A stretch of 64,000 bases of DNA. Source: Dehalococcoidia bacterium (GTDB lineage Bacteria > Chloroflexota > Dehalococcoidia > UBA2979). Made by a program: the position numbers and the translations under genes. The notes beneath the pieces are model-generated. The model was not told where the DNA came from, ran no database searches, and saw nothing but the letters and a program-made list of their open reading frames with translations. The stretch spans positions 1,888,001 to 1,952,000 of the forward strand of contig OZ244720.1 of the NCBI GenBank assembly GCA_965219085.1, written 5' to 3'. Shown piece by piece: positions 1 to 9,700 of the stretch; the stretch's first letter is position 1; each line of letters opens with the position of its first letter.

Positions 1-3000
1 CGGCCATCAGCGGTGTCGGGCCTGCATAGTCAGATCCAGCTATTTCGCCGACGCCGAGGGTCACGCCCGGCGCCGTCGGCTCGTCCGACTGGCCATCGGC
101 AGCCTCTGAGACGGCAAATCCGCGGGCTAAGACGCCTCCGATTCTGTCAATGCCACCAGCTTTCAGTACGTTGATATCAGCCCAATCGAAGACGTAGATT
201 TTGCTTCCGACCACGGTGGCGCCTTGCGGAGCCGTCCATACCGGTAGGCCGTTGACGTTACGTGTAATGACCAGGTTGAAATGCCTGGCGCCCGACAGGG
301 AATCGGAGCGCAGGTAGTACGGGTTGATAAAGCCCCCGTTGTTAGATGTGGAGTCGTCCCTGGCGAAAGTCACACCGCGGACGAGGTAGCGATCCGCTGC
401 TCCGACATCGATTGTCCAACCAAGGTTGTCGCCAAGCGACATGATTTCCTGGTCACCCTCACTGGGTTGCGCGAAGTTCGCAGCCAGGATGCCGCTGGTC
501 CGCTGCGAGCCCTTGATGGCCAGGCGCAGCACGCTGCTGGTGCCCGATCTCGCCGTGTCGGAGAGGGTGGCTCCCGTCTCGCCGCCCGCGTCCTCAGCGT
601 CAGACGTCGTCTCCGTGATCGACAGCGAATCGCCGAAATCCGACAGCACGATCCAGTAATTGACGTTCTGGTATGCGAACGCGCCTGCCGGCGCCGTGAA
701 CTCGTTCAGGCCGACCTTGAAGGAGGGCGGGTTCTCGAAGTCGAACAGCTTTGCAGAACGCGATCCCGAGTAGGTGCTCCCAGGAGGGCCTCCGGTCCAC
801 AGGGAGACGCTCAGCCTCGACGGCGCCGGGGGCAGGTCGATCGAGACGCTCGAGATTTCGTAACCCTGGCCGTGCTTCCCCAACTTGAAGCCCATGGCGT
901 ACGTCCCGGTGATCGTCGCCGTGGCCGACGGCGACTGGCCGGTGTTGCCGACCAGCGTCGATGGGGACGGCAATGCGGCCGGTCTGACGAGCGGGCCGAA
1001 CGGCACGCTGGTCACAACCTCCGGGTTGCTGCCCCGGTCCGTGAACGAGACTTGCACCTTGATCAGCTTGCCGAAATCGGCGTCGACCAGCTGGTACCTC
1101 TGTGAGTCGGTACCCACCTCGGTCTCGGCCTCGGTCACGCCATCGACCCGGATCCACTGGTAGGAGAAAACGTAGTTCTCGATGCCAGATTCCGGGCTAC
1201 CGATATAGGGAAGCCCGTCGGCGTCGGCGATGCGCGACGGGTCGGCTGCCAGGATGCCGCCGCCCTCCGCGGAAACCAGGACCACCGGCCGTCCGGTGGC
1301 GTTCGTCACAGTCTGGCGCAGGAACGGGTTCCTCAGCTCGGCCCGGACGATCACGACCACCGTGCTCAGCGAGCGGTTGGCGTCGCTGCTGTCGTCGGTC
1401 GCGGTCAGGGTCAGCGTGATGCGCTGCGTGATCGTCGTCGCCGCCGGCGCGGTCCAGGTGGTGACGAGCGCGGCCGCCTTGGCGAACGTCCCCCCGCCGC
1501 TGCTCGTCCAGGCGTAGCTCAGGCCGTCTCCGTCCGGGTCGGCCGCCGTGCCCTCCAGCGTCACCGTGTCGCCGCCGTCCACGATCGCCGGGGCCGCCGT
1601 GGCCGAGACGCTCGGCGAGCCGCTCGTCGAGGCCGGCACCGTGACCACCACCGTCGCCGTCGCCGTCTCCCTGTGCGCGTCGGTCACCGTGAGGGTCAGC
1701 GTGATCGTCTGGTCGTTGGCCGTCGCCGCCGGCGCGGTCCATTTCGCGCCCGCGACGGCCGCGTCGCTGAACGTCCCGCCGTTGTCGCTGGTCCAGGCGT
1801 AGGTCAGGTCGTCGTTCTCCGGGTCCGTGGCCTGCACGCTCGGCTTCAGCGTCCCCGCGCCCGCCACCACCGCCGTGGCGGGAGTGACCGCCACCACCGC
1901 CGCCCGGTTGCTGCGCGACCAGGCCGAGTGCTGCCGCTGCTTCGAGAGCGGGTAGGCGAAGAGGTCGTCCTCGCCCGAAGCGATCCAGATGATCTCGCCG
2001 TCGGACCACATGCCGCCCACGCTCCCGTGGCTGCTGCGCAACCCAATGTCCTTGCTCGTATCGGTCGTCCCGGCCGGCCAGTTGATCGCAGCGACGGTGT
2101 CATTGGAAGCCGAGAGCGAGGTGGCGATCCACATCGTCGTCCCATCGCCCCACATCGATGCCGCGAGGTTCGCCGACGAGCTGCCCGCACTCACCTGCTT
2201 CGTCGTGTTCCTGGTCAGCGTCCCGCTCGCGGCCCAGTCGTAGGCGAAGAGGGTCGAGTTCCCCACGGTCGACATCCAGAACGTGTCCGCGTCGGCCCAC
2301 AGTCCGTATCCCGACAGCGGCGCGCCGCTGTTGTCAGCCTTGTGCCCCAGCGTGACCCGCGCCGTGCGGTCGCCGAATGTCGCGTCGTCCGCCAGGGAGA
2401 AGCCGTCCAGCGTGATCGGCGTGCCGCTGCCCCCGGACTCGGTCAGCGCCCAGAGCGTGCCCTCGCGGCCCCACAGACCGACGGGACTCGACTGGGCCTC
2501 GGCGACGATGTCCCTGCCGCTGTCGTACAGGCCGTCCGACAGCCTGAACGCCAGGAGCCGGTCGTTGCCTTCGTCGCTGGCCCACAGCGTGGTCCCGTCC
2601 GACCAGAGGCCGTCGACCGGCTCGTATTCGGTCCCGCCGACCGTCAGGTCCACATCAATGTCGCGCAGCGCGGTGCAGGCGTCGTTGGCGAAGTAGATCG
2701 CCCGCACCTGGTAGCGGTACTGCCCGCCCGCTGCGGCCGACCAGTCGAGGTAGCTGCGCGCAGCGGCGTCGACGCAGGTCACCAGCGAGTACGTGTCATT
2801 GCCCGGCGAGCGCATGATCTGGTACTGCAGCACGGTGGTCTCGGCGTTCGTCAGCGTCGGCGCCGACGGCGGGTTCCAGCTCAGTTGCAGCCCAGCGGCC
2901 ATTTCTGTGACCGCCAGGTCCGCCGGTCCCGGCCCACTGCAATCGGGGTCCGTCGTGGGGCAGGTCTGCGTCAACCCACGGCGTACCGGCAGGTCGGCCG

Positions 3001-5011
3001 ATGCCTCGTTGGACTGCTGGCTCTTCACCCCGTCGCGCAGGGCGACGACGCCGTAGGCGTAGCTCGTCCCCACCTGGCTGGCGGTCGCGTCGGTGTAGGT
3101 CGTGTCGGTGTTCGCGGTATCCGCCACCAGGGTGGTCAGCTCTCCCTCACCCACCGCGCGCAGGATCTCGTAGCCCGTGACGCTGTCGGCCTCCTCCGCC
3201 GGGGCCGTCCAGCTCAGCGTGTATCCGCCGCCTTCGACCAGCGTGGCGACGAGGCCGGTGGGGGCGAGGTCAACGGCGTCGTGGGGGAGCTGGACCTGGG
3301 CCTGGCCGGATGCCTGGCTGCGGTCCTCGCCCCGGATGGCCTTCACCTGGTAGGCGTGGGTCTCTCCGGCCTCGGTCGCGGTGGCGTCGCTGTAGGCGGT
3401 GGCTGTGTTCCCGCTGTCGGACACCAGCGTCGTGAACGCTCCCCCGCCCACGGCGCGCAGGATCTCGTAGCCCGTGACGCTATCGGCGTCCTCCGCCGGG
3501 GCGGTCCAGGTCAGTGTGGCTCCGCCCCCGTCGGCCAGCGTGGCGGTCAGACCGGTGGGAGCCAGGTCAACGGGGTCATGGGGGAGCTGGACCTGCGCCT
3601 GGCCGGATGCCTGGCTGCGCTCTTCGCCCCGGATCGCCTTGACCTGGTAGGCGTAGGTCTCGCCGGCCTCGGTGGCGGTGGCGTCGCTGTAGGTCGTGTC
3701 GGTGTTCCCGGTGTCGGCCACCAGGTTCGTCAGCGCTCCCTCGCCCACGGCGCGCAGGATCTCGTAGCCGCTGACGCTACCTGAGTCCTCCGCCGGGGCG
3801 GTCCAGGTCAGGGTCACGCCGCCGCCTTCGACCAGCGTGGCGGTCAGGCCGCTGGGGGCGAGGTCAACGGCGGCAGGAGGCGGGTCGGGCGCGGCCGGGG
3901 TCTGGGCGTCGGCGAAGCTCGACCACTGGCTCGCGCCCTGTGCGTTCACGGCCTTTACCCGATAGACGTACTGGCTCTCCGGCTCTACGGTCTCGTCCGT
4001 GTAGGTGGTGGCCGCCGAGCCGGTGTTGTCCACGAGCGTGATGAACTCGCCGATGGCGTGGATCGAGGTGTCGCGCCGGAACACCTGGTAGTGAGTGATG
4101 GTCGCGTCGCCGGGGTCGTCCCAGGTCAGGCTGACCGAATCATGGGACGCCTCGGAGGAAAGTCCCGTGGGCCGGGCCGGTGCGACCGTGGGGGCAAGGT
4201 CAACGGCGTCATGGGCGAGCTGGACCGTGGCCTGGCCGGATGCCTGGCTGCGCTCTTCGCCCCGGATGGCCTTGACCTGGTAGGCGTAGGTCTCGCCGGC
4301 CTCGGTGGCGGTGGCGTCGCTGTAGGTCGTGTCGGTGTTCCCGGTGTCGGCCACCAGGTTCGTCAGCGCTCCCTCGCCCACGGCGCGCAGGATCTCGTAG
4401 CCGCTGACGCTACCTGAGTCCTCCGCCGGGGCGCTCCAGGTCAGGGTCACGCCGCCGCCTTCGACCAGCGTGGCGATGAGGCCGCTGGGGGCGAGGTCTT
4501 CGGCGGCGGCAGGCGGGTCGGGCGCGGGCAGGGTGGTGGCGCTGGAGAAGCTCGACCACGGACTCGCGCCCGGCGCGTTCACGGCCTTGACGCGGTACAC
4601 GTACTTGTTCTCCGGCTCCACGCTCTCGTCCGTGTAGGTGGTGTCCGCCGAGCCGGTGTTCTCCTCGAGCGTGATGAACTCGCCGATGGCGTGGATCGAG
4701 GTGTCGCGCCGGAACACCTGGTGATGAGTGATGGTCGCGTCGGCGGGGTCGTCCCAGGTCAGGCTGACGGAGTCATGGGACGCCGAGGAGGAGAGTCCCG
4801 TGGGCCGGGCCGGCGGGGCCGTGGCTACGGGCGGCGGCGTGTCGGCGACGGGGTCGGAGCCCTCCTGTTGTCCCCGCACGGGCAGAACACCCGACAGCGC
4901 GCATGCGAAGGCGAGCGCACTCAGGACCAGCGACATGGCGGCCGCGCGAAAGGTCCACCTCCGGCCCACGTTCCGGAAGGCTCGAGCGGCAGCTCGCCGG
5001 CTGGAGGTCAT
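1..5011 (-). CDS. G1: giant secreted FN3-repeat / beta-propeller / Ig-like surface protein (3' end beyond window)
   Basis: Not in the ORF track because it runs off the left edge. ATG at 5011 gives MTSSRRAAARAFRNVGRRWTFRAAAMSLVLSALAFACALSGVLPVRG (signal peptide), then FN3 repeats (VSLTWDDP...YVYRVKAVN; VTLTWTAP...GYEILRAVG), GLWSDGTTLW propeller blades and LTYAWTS Ig/PKD-like units. Same frame confirmed at ATG 893-895. Confidence 0.85.
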   Translation of the reverse strand, partial: MTSSRRAAARAFRNVGRRWTFRAAAMSLVLSALAFACALSGVLPVRGQQEGSDPVADTPPPVATAPPARPTGLSSSASHDSVSLTWDDPADATITHHQVFRRDTSIHAIGEFITLEENTGSADTTYTDESVEPENKYVYRVKAVNAPGASPWSSFSSATTLPAPDPPAAAEDLAPSGLIATLVEGGGVTLTWSAPAEDSGSVSGYEILRAVGEGALTNLVADTGNTDTTYSDATATEAGETYAYQVKAIRGEERSQASGQATVQLAHDAVDLAPTVAPARPTGLSSEASHDSVSLTWDDPGDATITHYQVFRRDTSIHAIGEFITLVDNTGSAATTYTDETVEPESQYVYRVKAVNAQGASQWSSFADAQTPAAPDPPPAAVDLAPSGLTATLVEGGGVTLTWTAPAEDSGSVSGYEILRAVGEGALTNLVADTGNTDTTYSDATATEAGETYAYQVKAIRGEERSQASGQAQVQLPHDPVDLAPTGLTATLADGGGATLTWTAPAEDADSVTGYEILRAVGGGAFTTLVSDSGNTATAYSDATATEAGETHAYQVKAIRGEDRSQASGQAQVQLPHDAVDLAPTGLVATLVEGGGYTLSWTAPAEEADSVTGYEILRAVGEGELTTLVADTANTDTTYTDATASQVGTSYAYGVVALRDGVKSQQSNEASADLPVRRGLTQTCPTTDPDCSGPGPADLAVTEMAAGLQLSWNPPSAPTLTNAETTVLQYQIMRSPGNDTYSLVTCVDAAARSYLDWSAAAGGQYRYQVRAIYFANDACTALRDIDVDLTVGGTEYEPVDGLWSDGTTLWASDEGNDRLLAFRLSDGLYDSGRDIVAEAQSSPVGLWGREGTLWALTESGGSGTPITLDGFSLADDATFGDRTARVTLGHKADNSGAPLSGYGLWADADTFWMSTVGNSTLFAYDWAASGTLTRNTTKQVSAGSSSANLAASMWGDGTTMWIATSLSASNDTVAAINWPAGTTDTSKDIGLRSSHGSVGGMWSDGEIIWIASGEDDLFAYPLSKQRQHSAWSRSNRAAVVAVTPATAVVAGAGTLKPSVQATDPENDDLTYAWTSDNGGTFSDAAVAGAKWTAPAATANDQTITLTLTVTDAHRETATATVVVTVPASTSGSPSVSATAAPAIVDGGDTVTLEGTAADPDGDGLSYAWTSSGGGTFAKAAALVTTWTAPAATTITQRITLTLTATDDSSDANRSLSTVVVIVRAELRNPFLRQTVTNATGRPVVLVSAEGGGILAADPSRIADADGLPYIGSPESGIENYVFSYQWIRVDGVTEAETEVGTDSQRYQLVDADFGKLIKVQVSFTDRGSNPEVVTSVPFGPLVRPAALPSPSTLVGNTGQSPSATATITGTYAMGFKLGKHGQGYEISSVSIDLPPAPSRLSVSLWTGGPPGSTYSGSRSAKLFDFENPPSFKVGLNEFTAPAGAFAYQNVNYWIVLSDFGDSLSITETTSDAEDAGGETGATLSDTARSGTSSVLRLAIKGSQRTSGILAANFAQPSEGDQEIMSLGDNLGWTIDVGAADRYLVRGVTFARDDSTSNNGGFINPYYLRSDSLSGARHFNLVITRNVNGLPVWTAPQGATVVGSKIYVFDWADINVLKAGGIDRIGGVLARGFAVSEAADGQSDEPTAPGVTLGVGEIAGSDYAGPTPLMA
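3568..4815 (-). repeat. Internal ~633-bp tandem duplication of an FN3 pair in G1
   Basis: Shadow ORFs starting at 4058/4691 and ending at 3784/4417 are offset by 633 bp and give near-identical peptides; DNA is visibly near-identical. Confidence 0.8.
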
Positions 5012-5116
5012 GGCGTGCTACGTACTACGTACCGAGCGGCAAACGCCGCGTCGAAGCACGGTCCGCTGGGACGGGACGCGGCCCGGTTGAGGAGGACGAA
5101 AGGGCCAGGAAAAATC

Positions 5117-5130
5117 GGGGGGGGGGGGGG
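5117..5130. repeat. G14 homopolymer in G1 leader
   Basis: aaaatc-G14-taacgta, 106 nt upstream of the G1 ATG. Confidence 0.9.
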
Positions 5131-5204
5131 TAACGTACGTTCTATTGTGACCCGACCGGCGGGCGAGTGAGCGGCCCCGGCGTTCACCCAAGACCCATGC
5201 GCCG

Positions 5205-5415
5205 CTCGTCTCAGGTGCAATGGGACTGGTCTGTCGGGCGCCACGTGAACGCCTTCCCGTAGCACGGGGTCAATTCATGGCAGCATATCACGTAGCCATG
5301 AACGTTCGATGTAAACTAGCCACCTGTTGGTGGCAGGCTGGTGGCGAATCCGCAAAACGTATAGTCGGGGCTGGTTGCTACCTAGTCACAAGGACTACGC
5401 TCAGTAACCGTTTCG
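5205..5415. promoter_or_regulatory. Conserved promoter/leader element P1 (type A distal arm)
   Basis: Minus strand TCGAAC-N16-TATGCT with extended TG; TGGTGGC at 5328 and 5339; plus-strand TATAGT at 5360; 5355-5415 is nearly identical to 23140-23200. Confidence 0.75.
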
Positions 5416-6343
5416 GCGTCTCGATGGCCCGGTTGTACTGACCGAGGTTGTCATGGGCAACCCCCCTAGCGGCGAGGGTCTCCAGATTCTCGGGGTCGAG
5501 GCGCAGTGACCGGTCGAAGTCCTCGATTGCCTCGGCCGGTCTCTCCAGGTTGCCGAGAGCCACGCCCCGGCTGTGGAGGGCGCCAGCATTGTCCGGGTCG
5601 AGCTCCAGGGCAGCATCAAGGTCCCGGAGCGCGCTCTCGTACTCGCCGAGATTGAGCTTCGTGACTGCCCTCGCGCAGCGCGAGAGGTTGCTGAGCGGCT
5701 CCAGCTCGATGGCGCTGTCGAAGTCCTTGATCGCCCGCTCGAAGTCGCCCAGATCGCGGTAGGCGAGGCCCCGGTGGTGGTAGGCGGCCGCGAGACCGGG
5801 CGCGATCTCGATCGCCCCGCTCAGATCCTCCACAGCCCGGGTCGGCTCGCCCAGTTCGGCGTAGGTGTTTCCGCGGTTGTAGTAGGGGTTGGGATCGGCA
5901 GGGTCGGGGCCGATCGCCGTGTCGAAGTCTTTGAGCGCGGCGGCCATGTCGCCTAGCTGGGCGAGGGAGGCGCCGCGGCTGTAGTGCGCGACGGCATCAC
6001 CCGGATCGAGCAGGATGGCAATGTCGTAGTCTCCCACCGCCGCGCGGTGCTCCCCCAGCTCGGCACTGGCATGTCCGCGGTAGTGGTGGGCCTCGGCGTC
6101 ACCGGGCGACAGCTGCAGGGCCTTGCCGAAATCCTCCTTCGCGTGGCGGTCGTCGCCCAGTTGCTGATGCAGCAGCCCCCTCGCGGACAGCGCGGTAGCG
6201 TCGTCGGGATTGGCCGAGTCTGGGTTGAGGCGCTCCAGCAGCTGCCGCAGCTTCTGCTGACTGAAGTCGTCCAGCACCCCATGGTGTCTGCCTTGGTCGT
6301 CCGGTCGCTCCTGCCCGTCCTTGCGGTCGTGCTCTCCACGCAT
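5378..6343 (-). CDS. Tetratricopeptide-repeat protein, 3'-truncated
   Basis: About 8 TPR units (e.g. AYHHRGLAYRDLGDFERAIKDFDSAIELEP). GAGGAG lies 7 nt before ATG 6343. The last repeat breaks at YNRAIE and reads into P1. Confidence 0.8.
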   Translation of the reverse strand: MRGEHDRKDGQERPDDQGRHHGVLDDFSQQKLRQLLERLNPDSANPDDATALSARGLLHQQLGDDRHAKEDFGKALQLSPGDAEAHHYRGHASAELGEHRAAVGDYDIAILLDPGDAVAHYSRGASLAQLGDMAAALKDFDTAIGPDPADPNPYYNRGNTYAELGEPTRAVEDLSGAIEIAPGLAAAYHHRGLAYRDLGDFERAIKDFDSAIELEPLSNLSRCARAVTKLNLGEYESALRDLDAALELDPDNAGALHSRGVALGNLERPAEAIEDFDRSLRLDPENLETLAARGVAHDNLGQYNRAIETPKRLLSVVLVTR

Positions 6344-6781
6344 CGCTGGGCTCCTCTGTCCTTCTCTCGGCGTCCCGCCGCGTCGGGCCGGTCTGTCCCC
6401 ATGGCGCCGCGCCCCCCACTCGTTCTCACGTTGCAGAGTGCGCGCGGCTGCTCTGCCGCGCGGTTGAGAGAAGCGCAGACGGGTACCGACTAGAGGGCCG
6501 CACCCTCGCGTAAGGGGGGGTCCCCGCCTCGGTGCTTCGACTCCAGTGAGGGAACCCACCTCTGGAGCCACGAGGTCGAGTTTCGTCTGCTTCAACGGGC
6601 CTCGGTAAACATGTTCCCTCAATCACCGCCGTATTTCTGCGGGTCCCTCTCCAGGGTGGAACCGCCGCCAATGCTCACCACCGCCCGGTGACCGACACGC
6701 TCGAGCCAGATGCCGGCGAGTGGTCATGCTGCGCTACTCGATTCAATTGCGCGCGAGTGAAGCTCTGCCTGTCAGACACGG

Positions 6782-9700
6782 TCAGCTCGATGCCCGCGTG
6801 ATCGCGATGGTGTAGGCCTGCGTCGTGACGCCGTCCGCGGCGGTCACGGTGACGGTGATCGTGTTCGGACCCGTTGACAGATCCACCTGGTGGCCATTGG
6901 TCGAGCTGTCGTCGTCGGTGGGCGAGATCACCACGGTCGCCTGGTGTTGGTCGCACCCGCCGTGACCGTGGTCGAGGCCACATCGTTGTCGACCGAGAGG
7001 GTGTAACTGGCCGTATCGCGATCGAACGCGAAGTCGATCCCGCTGAGCTCGAGCTTGAGCAGCTTGGCGTTCTCCTTCCAGGGCGAATCGAACGAAGGAA
7101 TCTCCTGCTCCTCGCCGGCGGAGTTCCAGCAAACGATCGAGGTATCGGTCTTCAGGCCGCGCGCCTGGCGGTACCAGTCGATCGTCACTTCCTTGAAGAC
7201 GCCCTGCGGCGCCACCCTGTTGACATTCGTGACCAGCGCGGTCGTGCTGCCGTTCGCGATCCAGCACTTGATGTCACCGCCGACGGTGACGGCGCAAGAT
7301 TGCCGATAGTGCATGTCGACGTGCTGGAACTTGCCGGTCGGCGCGTTCGTCTCCACATGCGTCTGGTGGCCGATCCAGCGACCGCTGTCGTCCCACGGTC
7401 CCGTGAACTCCCAACAGACCAGGTCGCCGTCCGTATTGACGCCATCGTTCGGATCGCCATCCTTGCTGATGCCGCAGACTCGGTAGCCGCCGGCCTGGAG
7501 GAACGTGAACTTGCCGCCCGGCGGCTGCGATGTGGCGGAGCCGCCGAAGGATCGGCAGACGACCTCATCGTCCGCGTTCAGCGCACAGAAAAAGTTGTAT
7601 CCGCTCGTGACAAGCTTGAACGGGCCGCTATGCGTGCTGTTGGCGTCTCCGCCACAACCGACCGAGCCATCCTCGTTGAGCCAGCAGATTCCAGGTTGGC
7701 TGAAGGTGTGAATCTGCTGGATCTTCCCTTCCCGCACGGCCCCAACGTGACCAAATCCGTCCCAGCAGCGCGCGTAGCCATCGGCCTGGATGCCGCATGA
7801 GGAATCATTTCCTGCAACGATCTGGGTGAATATGCCCTCGGGGGTCCGCGGCTCCCGTTCGCTGAAATGCAGATCGCCCCAACACTCGACCGTCCCATCC
7901 ATACGCAGCGCGCAGACGTGGTCCCAGCCGGCGTCGACCTGCTGGAACCCGCCGACCGCCTGGACCACCTGTTTCGCGACGACGGGGTTGTCGACCTTGG
8001 CGATGGTCTTGATGGCGTCAACCAGTTGCTCGTCGTCTGCCTCCACCGATTTCACACCCGACGCCGCCGGGATCGTGATCGAGGTCGTGTCCGAACCCTG
8101 GCTGGCGGCATTGCCTCTCAGCGCGATGACCTGGAAGACGTACGTGGTCCCGGCCTCCGTGGCCGTGGCGTCGCTGTAGCTCGTGGCGGTCGACTCGCTG
8201 TCCGCGACCAGGGCGAACATCTCGCCCTCGCCGACGCCGCGCAGGATCCGGTAGCCGTCGACCGAGGCCGCGCCGGCCGCGGGCGCGGTCCAACCCAGCG
8301 CGACGCCGCCGCCGACGGCAATGGCCGCGGTCAGGCCGCCGGGCGCGAGCAAGGTCAGATCCGCGATGTGCGTGCCCGTCGTCACCGTGAGCGAGAGTTC
8401 GTAGGTGCCGGTCCAGCCGCTCTCCGCCGATGCGGAGACGAAATAGACTCCGTCCGCGTCGGGACTGAACGACTCGATCCGGCTGTCCTTGCCCGTGCCC
8501 GCTACTTCAGAGTCGGTGCCCGTGACCAGGAGGCCGCTCGCGTCGTAGATGCCCAGCAGTTTCGGATCCTCCAGCGTGCCCACCGAGACGAACGCCGGTG
8601 CGCCGTCGACCAGCTGCCACCCGCCGGTCGATTTGCCGCGCATGTCGATCTGATAGGTCGCGCTGGCCTGCAAGCTGAGCCGGTACCAATCGACATCGCC
8701 GACCGTTGCGCGCTCGCCGCGCACCGAACCGTCGACCTCGAGCGCGCACGCCGTGCTCGTGTCCGCGGGCAGATCGCTACCCCCGGCATCGAACTCGCAC
8801 GTCGCGACGACGGCCGCGGTCAGTGCGACCGAGGCTTCGGCCGACGCCTGGCTGCGGACGCCAGTGCGGATCGCATTGACCTGGTAGGTATAGGTTTCGC
8901 CGGCCGTGGTCGCCGTGGCGTCGCTGTAGGCGGTCGCCGTGCCCCCGGTGTCGGCCACCAGGGTGGCCAGCTCGCCGTCGCCGGCGGCGCGCAGGATCTC
9001 GTAGCCGCTGACGCTATCGGCGTCCTCCGCAGGCGCGGCCCAGCTCAGGGCCACGCCGCCGCCTTCGGGAAGCGTGGCGATCAGGCCGCTGGGGGCGAGG
9101 TCAACAGGGTCATGGGGGATTTGGACCCGGACCTGGCCCGACACCTGGCTGCGCTCCTCGCCGCGGATCGCCTTGACCTCGTAGGCGTAGGTCTGACCTG
9201 CCTCCGTCGCGGTGGCGTCGGTGTAGGTCGCGGTCGTGCTCGCAGTGTCGGCCACCAGGGTGGCCGGCTCCCCGTCGCCCACGGCGCGCAGGATCTCGTA
9301 GCCGCTGACGTTCCCGGCATCCTCCGCCGGGGCGGTCCAGCTCAGGGTCACCCCGCCGCCTTCGGCAGTCGCGGCGGTCAGGTTGGAGGGAGCCAGGGCA
9401 ACGGGGTCATGGGGGATCTGGACCTGGGCCCGGCTGGATGACTGGCTCCGCTCCTCGCCGCGGATCGCCTTGACCTCGTAGGCGTAGGTCTGGCCTGCCT
9501 CCGTGGCGGTGGTGTCGGTGTAGGTCGCGGTCGTGGAACTGCTGTCGGCTACGAGGGTGGTCAACTCGGCGTCGCCCACGACGCGAAGGATCTCGTAGCC
9601 GCTGACGTTCTCGGCATCCTCCGCCGGAGCGGTCCAGCTCAGGGTCACCCCGCCGCCTTCGGCAGTCGCGGCGGTCAGGTTGGAGGGAGCCAGGTCAACG

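Noticed and set aside
5276-5278. ATG conserved 3 nt after the -10 in all five P elements as a common start codon
   Set aside because: Too close to the -10 to be transcribed, frames are inconsistent between copies, and P1 gives ATG AAT TGA.
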